The notes beneath the pieces were generated by a model that was given only the letters and a program-made list of their open reading frames with translations, ran no database searches and was not told the origin of the DNA. Position numbers and translations under genes: made by a program. A stretch of 64,000 bases of DNA from an uncultured Rhabdochlamydiaceae bacterium (GTDB taxonomy: Bacteria > Chlamydiota > Chlamydiia > Chlamydiales > Rhabdochlamydiaceae), in NCBI GenBank assembly GCA_963712275.1, contig CAVQHD010000001.1, positions 512,001 to 576,000 of the forward strand, written 5' to 3'. Position 1 is the first letter of the stretch; the number at the start of each line of letters is the position of its first letter. Shown here piece by piece: positions 52,929 through 62,817 of the stretch.

Positions 52929-54419
52929 ATGCGAGCCGTTTTAGCCTTTATTTGCTGCTGGACAGCAGCTCTTTGCGCTGTAGAGATCCCTTTAGATGAG
53001 CACCTCATCTCTGCATCTCTCAAAAAAGGGATCGAGGTTTGGTTTAAGGTGCAGACCCCCTCTTCCCACATTGCCTGCCGTTTTGTCAGCCAAGATCCTC
53101 TGATAGGAAGGCCTCATATTTTCGAGCTCGATTGCCCTACAGAGGTTTTTGAAGATGAGCTTCCAAGTTTTTTAGACTATTGTGAAGAGGAAACCCAAAA
53201 ACAAGGGGAAGTGCTTGTAGGATTTGTAACTGTAGGATCGATGAATTTCGAAGGGTTGCAGCTATTTCTCTCGGAGAGGTTAGGTCAAAAAGAGTTCAAA
53301 GAGGAGAGCATCAGTGAAACGATCCAGCTATGCCCTTCCAAAGAGATTTCCCACATGGATCTTGTGCTGAGCTATCCGACGACCTTTCCTGCGCTTCAAA
53401 CAGACCGCGATCTAAAAAAATTATGGATTTTCTACTTGCTTCAAACAATTGTAGAGAGTCGCTTTAAGCAGGCTGCAACAAGTGTCGATGGAGTCTGGAT
53501 TGCTCCTTCTGAGACAAAGTATTTGCTCCCCGCCCTTTCGGTGGTAGGGCATGGAATTGAAAATGTGGAGTCGGGAAGAGAGCTGAGGCTTTTAAAGAGC
53601 TTCCTGGCAGTGATTCAAAACCTGAAAGAACAAGGGTTTTCAGATAGCGAGCTTGCGGCTGCGAAATCAAGGTTACAAAAGCATCTTCAGCGGTTTTACC
53701 GAATCAAACCAGACCATGAAGCCCTTGCTGATTATTACGCCTCCTATTTGGCTGCAGGAATCCCCTGCCCCGATTATTCGGCTTTTATGGCGCTCTCTTT
53801 GCACATGATTCCTGAGATTGAAATGGCCGATGTTTATGAAGTCTTAAAAGAGTCTTTGCTAGATGATACGCGGGAAGTCGCCGTTCGGTTTCCTTCTCAA
53901 ATTTCCTTGACAAAAGAAGAGATTCGAAACACTCTCAACCAGTTTTCAAGCGACCGCTTGGTTCTTCAGCAAGAAGGCAGCAAGGTTGTCTTAGAGGAAG
54001 GGAAAGACCCGTTTTCTCAGCTGATCATCACAGAGGATGAACAGCGGATGATCCGAGCAGTCATTGACACAGTCGCTAAAAAGAGCCCAATTAAGCTCGC
54101 GTTTATCAGAGGCGAACTTGAAGCTAAGAGAAAGCTGCTTTTTCATATCCATCCACTCCGATCGCTTGCCTCTATGTTTTCTGATCCTCGGACGAAAGAA
54201 AACATCGCTGAAATAAGAAGTAGTTTTTTAAAATGGAGAAATTTCATTGGCGATTTTTCAGAACGGATGAAACAAGAGCATGGCCAAAATAACTTAGAAG
54301 TCTATATCCCGGGCTTTTGCCAAGCTGTGAAAGCCAATCCAGATCAAGTTCGAACTTGCATCAATAATCGAGATTGGGAGGGACTTGTCAAATATCTGCT
54401 GCGATTAAATAATTCTTAA
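52929..54419 (+). CDS. Exported hypothetical protein, possible inactive M16-peptidase-like region
   Basis: Signal peptide; LKEQGFSDSELAAAK resembles an M16 C-terminal helix; no HxxEH. Confidence 0.55.
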   Translation: MRAVLAFICCWTAALCAVEIPLDEHLISASLKKGIEVWFKVQTPSSHIACRFVSQDPLIGRPHIFELDCPTEVFEDELPSFLDYCEEETQKQGEVLVGFVTVGSMNFEGLQLFLSERLGQKEFKEESISETIQLCPSKEISHMDLVLSYPTTFPALQTDRDLKKLWIFYLLQTIVESRFKQAATSVDGVWIAPSETKYLLPALSVVGHGIENVESGRELRLLKSFLAVIQNLKEQGFSDSELAAAKSRLQKHLQRFYRIKPDHEALADYYASYLAAGIPCPDYSAFMALSLHMIPEIEMADVYEVLKESLLDDTREVAVRFPSQISLTKEEIRNTLNQFSSDRLVLQQEGSKVVLEEGKDPFSQLIITEDEQRMIRAVIDTVAKKSPIKLAFIRGELEAKRKLLFHIHPLRSLASMFSDPRTKENIAEIRSSFLKWRNFIGDFSERMKQEHGQNNLEVYIPGFCQAVKANPDQVRTCINNRDWEGLVKYLLRLNNS

Positions 54420-54421
54420 TA

Positions 54422-54587
54422 GAGCCAGTTGCAAAACTCGCTTTGGAGGCTAAATTCGATGATTTTGCCGCTGGGTCCTTTTCTCCGCAAATTGACATAC
54501 TCGACTCAGAGTAGGCGATTTGCAGAGAAAAGGAGCCAGTGGCAAAAGCGCGGATTTGGCCCCAAATTGGAGTTTTGCAACTGGCTC
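54422..54587. mobile_element. 166-bp palindromic MITE with 18-bp perfect TIR and AATA duplication
   Basis: AATA-GAGCCAGTTGCAAAACTC...GAGTTTTGCAACTGGCTC-AATA; imperfect pairing continues to the centre. Confidence 0.8.
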
Positions 54588-54641
54588 AATAGAAATAAAT
54601 AGCCATTTTTGATAAAATGTCTTCCAATAAAGGGAGGGAAA

Positions 54642-56456
54642 ATGGCAACGAATAGCGGTGTGATTAATATCCAGAGGGTGGTGCCTTCATTTACATCTTT
54701 CAATCCTTCAAAAAACACCTCTTTACTTGCAAAAATTAATTGGGTATTTGGAGCCTATCTGACTGCAGCCGTTTCTTACTGTGTGTATAATCTATACAAA
54801 GCTTATCAGCTGAAATGCCATACCTCTTTTGGATTAGACAGCAGACTCAAACTTGCTAAATGCAAGGCGCTGCTTGCCGAAGTTGAAGAGAAGAAGAAAA
54901 AGAGTGAAGATATTCAACCTTTGCTTCAAGAATGTGAAGCTCTGCTAGCTTCAATCACTGGTAAAAAGGATGTCTCTGATAAAAACGAATGTCTGGTAAA
55001 GCTTGCTGAGCATTACGCAAAAGATCATCCAGACAGCTCTTTTAAAATTTCCATGGGGATTACAGACTCTTTTGCGCTCTTCAAAATGGCCCAAGGACTT
55101 CAAAAAGAGCGCCCTGATTCTAATCGTGAGAAACTCGAGTCGCTTTTTACTCGAGCTTTTCAATTACGTATTAAAGAGATCAAGAACCCTCCTCCTAAAT
55201 CCAAATTTTATGTAGGCCATGTGGTGAATTTACTAAAGTTTGCCAAGGCTTTCCATTCCCTTCAAATGGATGGATCAAAAAACGAAGCTTTGGAAAAGGC
55301 CATGAATCTTGCAAAAGCTTTAGAGGGGCCTTTGCTTCAATTGCAAGCCTTTTATCAAATTGCCGAATATTGCCAAGAAATGGGAAATCAAAAAGGAGTA
55401 AATTTTTCTATTGAGGAAATACTCAATCTTAGTCAATCAGGTAAAATCTCAGGCAATGATTTAATCAATGCGCAGATATGTTTGGCTCATGTTTTTTATT
55501 CCGCCGGAGACTACGAAAAGATGAAAGGCAAGCTGGATGAAGTCCTAGAGCCATTTCGAAAAGAGGATGTTATTGAACCGGCAAAAGGCTTTTATGTGCT
55601 GGCAAAGTTACTGAAAAAAATTAAAGAAGACAAAAAAGTAGACGAGAGCCACAGGACCCTTGTAGTAGGAGAGTTTATCGAGAGAGCTCTGATAAAACTC
55701 CCTACCCTCTCGGATTGTCTAGCAACTGTTCGAATTAATGCTTACTTAAATATCGCAGACGGGTGTAAAGATCTCGGCGACCAGGAGAAGATGAAGGAGG
55801 CGAGAAACGCTGCTTTTACAGAGATTCAAGCTTTACCAGAAGGCACAAAGGAAGAGCGCGAGTCTAAAATAGATTTACTTGCCTTAGTCATGCACATTTA
55901 TAAAGAAACGCCGAGCGAAGCGCTGCCAGTCATAAAAGTGTTGGAAGGATTATATGATCAATGTCCGTCTGATGACACTGCTGCCTTTTGCAATAAACAT
56001 GGGATTGGAAGAAGCATTATTGAATTCTATCATGAAACGGGCCTAATAGACGAGGGAGGAGTATTTTTTAAACAATATCTTTCGGATATGGAAAATAAAG
56101 AGAAAGAACCGTTTAATAAGCTCAATAAATTGGCTCACCTTGCGAAGTATTTCAATTATATTAACCCTCGGGGCAGCCCTGAACAGATCAAAGCTTTGCT
56201 TGAAGCCGCAGAAAAATGGGCCCCTAAAATTCCCTCACTCCATGATGCCCGTGCTACTTCGCTCTTAGCCGAAGGGTATTTGGGAGTGGATCGGCAAAAA
56301 AGCCTTCGACTTCTTGAGGAGTATCAAGATCGGCAAGCAATGAGATGTGTTGTGGTTGCATCTGCAGTTGCCATTTTCGTAGGAGTAGGCCATTTTTATC
56401 CTACTGTTGGCATTATTCTTGGGTTTGGGTTCAAGGCAGTACAGCTCTTCGCGTAA
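54642..56456 (+). CDS. Hypothetical alpha-helical (TPR-like) protein with terminal TM segments
   Basis: ATG 54642 after GGAGG; helical repeats; hydrophobic stretches near both ends. Confidence 0.6.
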   Translation: MATNSGVINIQRVVPSFTSFNPSKNTSLLAKINWVFGAYLTAAVSYCVYNLYKAYQLKCHTSFGLDSRLKLAKCKALLAEVEEKKKKSEDIQPLLQECEALLASITGKKDVSDKNECLVKLAEHYAKDHPDSSFKISMGITDSFALFKMAQGLQKERPDSNREKLESLFTRAFQLRIKEIKNPPPKSKFYVGHVVNLLKFAKAFHSLQMDGSKNEALEKAMNLAKALEGPLLQLQAFYQIAEYCQEMGNQKGVNFSIEEILNLSQSGKISGNDLINAQICLAHVFYSAGDYEKMKGKLDEVLEPFRKEDVIEPAKGFYVLAKLLKKIKEDKKVDESHRTLVVGEFIERALIKLPTLSDCLATVRINAYLNIADGCKDLGDQEKMKEARNAAFTEIQALPEGTKEERESKIDLLALVMHIYKETPSEALPVIKVLEGLYDQCPSDDTAAFCNKHGIGRSIIEFYHETGLIDEGGVFFKQYLSDMENKEKEPFNKLNKLAHLAKYFNYINPRGSPEQIKALLEAAEKWAPKIPSLHDARATSLLAEGYLGVDRQKSLRLLEEYQDRQAMRCVVVASAVAIFVGVGHFYPTVGIILGFGFKAVQLFA

Positions 56457-56500
56457 ACAACGCTTGACGACAAACGGCTGTGCTTTTATCTCAAGGTAAA

Positions 56501-56557
56501 GAGGGAGCTCGCAAAATTCGCTCTGGAGGCCAAAGCCGCGCTTTTGAAAGCTTCCTC
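56501..56557. repeat. Internally deleted copy of the 54422-54587 MITE family
   Basis: GAGGGAGCTCGCAAAATTCGCTCTGGAGGCCAAAGCCGCGCTTTTG matches both arms of that element; ends AGCTTCCTC (8/9 TIR). Confidence 0.6.
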
Positions 56558-56567
56558 AAAAGGCCTT

Positions 56568-58448
56568 ATGCATCGTCGCCACCGCTTGAATTATTTCTAT
56601 TTCGGCGCTCTGTTTGTTGTGCTGGCGCTTGTGCATATCTCTCATATTCTTTTAGTTGAGCAGGGAACTCTGCTAAACCGCTCTTTTTACATGGTCTATG
56701 CAGTTGGACAATGCCTCTTTGAGCTGGGGGCTTTGATTTTAATCGGGGCGTGGGTTGCTGAAAAATTTCCTGCTATTTTTAAGACGGTATTTACGATTGG
56801 CACGTTTGTGTTAATGCTTTTGCATCTGATTGATTTTCCCCTTGTGCGTATCATGGATATGTCGATCTGGTATGCGGTTGATATTGTCTTGGCTGAGAGT
56901 CTCGAGAATTTTATTGAAATGCTCAAAGCGAGCAATATTACCCTTGCTTCGTGGCTCTTATTCGGTATGTTTGTCGCTCTACTCGTTGTCACCGGCGTGC
57001 TCTTTTTCCGAGTCACGGATAAGCTTTCTGCACGTAAACCTCTTCATTTCTCCTATGGAACGGTTGCCCTTTTTTTACTTAGCGTAGTGGGATTTTTAAC
57101 ACTCTTTGATTATCAAACGGCTCGACTTGCAGCGGTTCCAGATGACGGAAAATTCTTAAAGGCGCTTCCATGGAAAACCACGCTCTTCATCTCTTCCTAT
57201 CCTACAAGAGAGCTTAAAGGTCCCATCGCCTCAAAACCGTCAGCGGCCTATTTTAAGGAGAAAATAGATGCTCTACATCTAGCGCCTTGCCGCAAACCGA
57301 ATATCTATCTCTTTGTCGTTGAAAGCTTAAGAGAAGATTTTCTCTCATTAGAAAACGCTCCGACGATCACAGCCTTTCGTGAGGAAAATCTTTCGTTTCC
57401 TTGCGCGGTCTCTTCGGCTAATGCAACTCAATCTTCGTGGTTTTCAATATTCCATAGTGTTTACCCCTTTGCATGGGGCGATCGGCAGCCTTGTCATTGG
57501 GAGCTGGGGAGTCTCCCTCTCCAACTGTTTAAAAAAGCGGGATATCAAATCCATGTCCTCTCAGCTTCTCGCTTTAATTACTACCAAATGGATAAAATTT
57601 TATTCGGGAAAGATCGATCTATCATTGATGATTACCGGGTTTTTGCAGATCAAGAAGGGCTACAGGTGCATGAATACGACACGCAGTGCATCGATGCACT
57701 TCTATACGAGATGAAAACCACAGAGGAAGGGCACCTTTTTCTTGTGTTTCTCGAAGGAACCCATTTTGATTATAGCTGGCCGGCGCACCTCTCGCTTCCT
57801 CTGATGCCGCTATCCGATGGAATTGACTATTTTCGAATCACTTATTCAAAAACAGGGTTGGAAGGGATCAAAAATAGATACCGGCATGCGATTTACCACA
57901 TCGACCACCAATTTAATCGATTCCTTCAAGGGCTTAAGAGCCATCCGCAAGAAAAAGAAGCTGTTGTTGTCTTAACAAGCGATCATGGAGAAGAATTTTA
58001 TGAGGAAGGACGTCTTTTCCACGCCTCTAATTTAAACTCTGTTCAAACCCGTATCCCGCTTTATTATCAACTAGGTATCAGTTCGCCTGCGGTTGGACTC
58101 ACATCTCATGTCGATATTTTTCCAACGCTGATCGATCATGTCTTTGGAGAGATTGGGGTCGCCGATTGGTTTGATGGAGAATCGCTTTTACGGCCGCGTC
58201 AAAAACATTTTGCGATCTCGGCTCGGTACAATGCAAGCCGGACCCCTTACGAGTTTTTAATCACCACCGATCGGGAAGAACTCCTCGCTCGGTTTGAAAA
58301 CCGTTCTAACATCAGTTGTTCGAAAGCGCTTCAGATCATTCATCGAAAAGATCGGCAGGGGACTGTTTTAACTACGTCAGCAGATGAAATAGAGAGCATC
58401 TATCAGCCGATCTTCGATCAACTGTTCCCGCGGGGCATAGGAAATTAG
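56568..58448 (+). CDS. Membrane-anchored sulfatase-like / LTA-synthase-like protein
   Basis: N-terminal TMs, PNIYLFVVESLRED, TSDHGEEF, SHVDIFPTL. Confidence 0.85.
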   Translation: MHRRHRLNYFYFGALFVVLALVHISHILLVEQGTLLNRSFYMVYAVGQCLFELGALILIGAWVAEKFPAIFKTVFTIGTFVLMLLHLIDFPLVRIMDMSIWYAVDIVLAESLENFIEMLKASNITLASWLLFGMFVALLVVTGVLFFRVTDKLSARKPLHFSYGTVALFLLSVVGFLTLFDYQTARLAAVPDDGKFLKALPWKTTLFISSYPTRELKGPIASKPSAAYFKEKIDALHLAPCRKPNIYLFVVESLREDFLSLENAPTITAFREENLSFPCAVSSANATQSSWFSIFHSVYPFAWGDRQPCHWELGSLPLQLFKKAGYQIHVLSASRFNYYQMDKILFGKDRSIIDDYRVFADQEGLQVHEYDTQCIDALLYEMKTTEEGHLFLVFLEGTHFDYSWPAHLSLPLMPLSDGIDYFRITYSKTGLEGIKNRYRHAIYHIDHQFNRFLQGLKSHPQEKEAVVVLTSDHGEEFYEEGRLFHASNLNSVQTRIPLYYQLGISSPAVGLTSHVDIFPTLIDHVFGEIGVADWFDGESLLRPRQKHFAISARYNASRTPYEFLITTDREELLARFENRSNISCSKALQIIHRKDRQGTVLTTSADEIESIYQPIFDQLFPRGIGN

Positions 58449-58455
58449 AACAATC

Positions 58456-59104
58456 TTTAAGACTTTTGCTTATTCGCGCTTATTTCCATTTCTTCACCAC
58501 AGAGGCACAGAGAAGGATGAGATTGCACAGAGGGAATCTTTCTTTTTTGCGAGGGCAAAAAAGAAAGATTCCACATGATGCGTTTATAGACTGAGTCGTT
58601 TGATCCCGGCCTTGAGCATAGGGACATTAAAATTTAACAAAAGTCCTCTTTTGCGTTGGAACAGTCTCAAATAAGTGAGTACTTGGGCATCATGGATTAC
58701 AGCTATTGCCTCAAGGGATTTGATTTCTAATATGACTTCATCTTCAACAAGAAAATCAATTCGATAACCCTCTTCAATGGATAATCCCTTATACATTAAT
58801 GGGCAGGCCTTCTGACGTTCATATCGGATTTTTCGTATATCAAATTCCTTGGCTAAACATCTTTCGTACGTAGATTCTAATAAACCGGGACCCAAATGGC
58901 GGTGAACTTCGATTGCAGAGCCGATAATTTTTTCAGTTATAAGATCATCCATGGGAAACAATAGTAGTTAATGAATATTTTTTTGCAGGAATCTTTCTTT
59001 TTTGCTCTCGCAAAAAAGAAAGATTCCCTCTGTGCAATCTCATCCTTCTCTGTGCCTCTGTGGTGAAGAAATGGAAATAAGCGCGAATAAGCAAAAGTCT
59101 TAAA
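58456..59104. mobile_element. GxxExxY gene cassette bounded by 117-bp inverted arms
   Basis: Arms 58456-58572 and 58988-59104 are complementary at 116/117; each ends internally in an 18-bp-stem hairpin. Confidence 0.85.
58584..58952 (-). CDS. GxxExxY protein (PD-(D/E)XK nuclease superfamily)
   Basis: LGPGLLESTY, RIDFLV...ILEIKS, AQVLTYL and GLLLNF motifs. Confidence 0.93.
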   Translation of the reverse strand: MDDLITEKIIGSAIEVHRHLGPGLLESTYERCLAKEFDIRKIRYERQKACPLMYKGLSIEEGYRIDFLVEDEVILEIKSLEAIAVIHDAQVLTYLRLFQRKRGLLLNFNVPMLKAGIKRLSL

Positions 59105-59119
59105 TATTTGTTTAATGTC

Positions 59120-61101
<1,982 letters not shown>

Positions 61102-61109
61102 GTCTTCCT

Positions 61110-61922
61110 ATGATTGCACAATCACGATTCAGGAGCAAGCGGTTCGGGATCCCTTTTTTTCTGCTATTTCTCCTTTGGGGATGGCATTGGTGTTACCACA
61201 ACAAAACCATCGGATTCTCAGTTGCAAAAATCAGTTCCGACTTTTCCTACCACCCGGAGTGGGACTCTAATGAACTAACCCAAGACAAGCTAGATGAAAT
61301 CTTTTCTCAGCCGTTTCATTACTTGGGAACGGGATCCCAGACATATGCATTTGTAGGTGAAGATGGAAAAACAGTGATCAAATTTTTTCGTATGAAGCAC
61401 CGTCTTTTTTATCTAAGGGATCTTTGGGCTCCCCATCGATCAGATGCAAGGAGAGAAAATCTCTACTCTATTTTTCAGGCCCACCAGCTTGCCTATCAAG
61501 AGATGAAGGAAGATGCAGGCTTAATTTATTTACACCTGAATAAAACCCATCATCTCAAGAAAAAAATTAAAATTGTCGACCGTCTTCATAGGACCCACCT
61601 GATTGACCTGGATGGAGTTGAATTTGTTCTCCAAAAAAAGGCCGAGCTCATCTTCTCTCGATTTAAAACCCTTCTTGAGAGAAATGATCGAGATGCCCTC
61701 AATGACGCGATTTCTCAAGTGATGCAGCTTGTTGAGAGGCGCATGCAAAAAGGAATTGCCGACCATGATAAAGCAGTCTCTCATAATTTTGGGTTTATAG
61801 GGGACCGGGCGGTGCAAATTGATATTGGAAGGATTTACTATGGTGAAAAACCAAAAGATCGACAACGGATTTTAGACCGGATTGAACGATGGCTCGAAAA
61901 ACAGCATACCCAAACAACTTGA
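61110..61922 (+). CDS. Membrane-anchored hypothetical protein with kinase-like motifs
   Basis: TM anchor, YLGTGSQTYAF, VIKFF, D.D....NFGF, IDIG; start uncertain. Confidence 0.65.
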   Translation: MIAQSRFRSKRFGIPFFLLFLLWGWHWCYHNKTIGFSVAKISSDFSYHPEWDSNELTQDKLDEIFSQPFHYLGTGSQTYAFVGEDGKTVIKFFRMKHRLFYLRDLWAPHRSDARRENLYSIFQAHQLAYQEMKEDAGLIYLHLNKTHHLKKKIKIVDRLHRTHLIDLDGVEFVLQKKAELIFSRFKTLLERNDRDALNDAISQVMQLVERRMQKGIADHDKAVSHNFGFIGDRAVQIDIGRIYYGEKPKDRQRILDRIERWLEKQHTQTT

Positions 61923-62806
61923 AAAATTGGGAATTTGACAAGAATGATGAGGTAAAGCCGATGCCGTCAAAAACCAATTTTTCAAATTGTTTGGGTATAC
62001 TTATCCTCCTATTCATCTTAAGCTGCGGAGCTTACTTTTTCTTTGATCGTGCAACCGATAAAAACGGCTTCTCGATCAAGGGGATCTCCTCCTCGCTCCC
62101 TTCCCATCCCGAGTGGTCTACTCCTCCCCCCTCCCCTCAAGAAGAGGCATTTCTTAAATCCATTTTATCTCAAAAATTCACCTTTTTAGCAGAAGGGTGT
62201 CAAGCGATTGCCTTTCAAAGCGAAGACCAGCGGTATGTCTTAAAGGTTTTTAAAATGCACCGTTTGGCACCTTCTCTCATGGACTACCTCTGTCCTCACG
62301 CCATGCGGCGGCGGCTCAGAAACCTACGGTGGGTTTTTAATGGCCATAAGCAGGCCTATGAAGGTTTTAGAAAAGAGACAGGACTTGTTTGGATCCATCT
62401 TGCAAAAACGGAAGGCTTTCATCATACCACCACGCTCGTTGATCAAAGAGGGAAAGAACATCCATTAGATATCGATGGGGCAGAATTTGTCATACAAGAA
62501 AAGGCTGAGCTGCTATTTGATCGTTTAAAGCGGCTTTACAATGAAGGAAAACACAAAGAAGCTGAAAAGGTGATTGCATCGATGCTTCAATTTATTCGAA
62601 CCCGGGAAAGTCAAGGGTATGCAGATCGGGATAAGGCCGTCGGGGGTAACTACGGATTTGTCGGAGACCGCCCCATTCAGCTAGACCTCGGCCGCTTCCA
62701 CAAAATCGGCTTCCGCCGCTCTCACAGAGAGGGTAAAGAAAGGCAGGTCGAGCGGTTCAAGGCCCGCATCGAGAGGTGGAAAGCCGAGACGATGGATTCT
62801 CAATGA
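61889..62806 (+). CDS. Tandem paralog, kinase-like, with an in-frame repeat insertion near the N-terminus
   Basis: FLAEGCQAIAF, VLKVF, DRD....NYGF, LDLG; shares HL.KT, D.DG.EFV.Q.KAEL. Confidence 0.7.
   Translation: MARKTAYPNNLKNWEFDKNDEVKPMPSKTNFSNCLGILILLFILSCGAYFFFDRATDKNGFSIKGISSSLPSHPEWSTPPPSPQEEAFLKSILSQKFTFLAEGCQAIAFQSEDQRYVLKVFKMHRLAPSLMDYLCPHAMRRRLRNLRWVFNGHKQAYEGFRKETGLVWIHLAKTEGFHHTTTLVDQRGKEHPLDIDGAEFVIQEKAELLFDRLKRLYNEGKHKEAEKVIASMLQFIRTRESQGYADRDKAVGGNYGFVGDRPIQLDLGRFHKIGFRRSHREGKERQVERFKARIERWKAETMDSQ
61906..61999. mobile_element. Short copy of the TATACCC-ended palindromic MITE family
   Basis: 25-bp arms 61906-61930 / 61974-61998 with 1 mismatch; similar to the ends of 51597-51761. 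Confidence 0.8.
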
Positions 62807-62817
62807 GAAGTATCTCT

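Noticed and set aside
54506..54718. 70-aa minus-strand ORF
   Set aside because: Antisense to a longer gene and partly within the MITE.
58533..58572. Inner hairpins read as simple intrinsic terminators for the convergent genes
   Set aside because: They are AT-rich stems without a following U-tract and are part of the larger 117-bp arms; a terminator role is possible but does not explain the structure.
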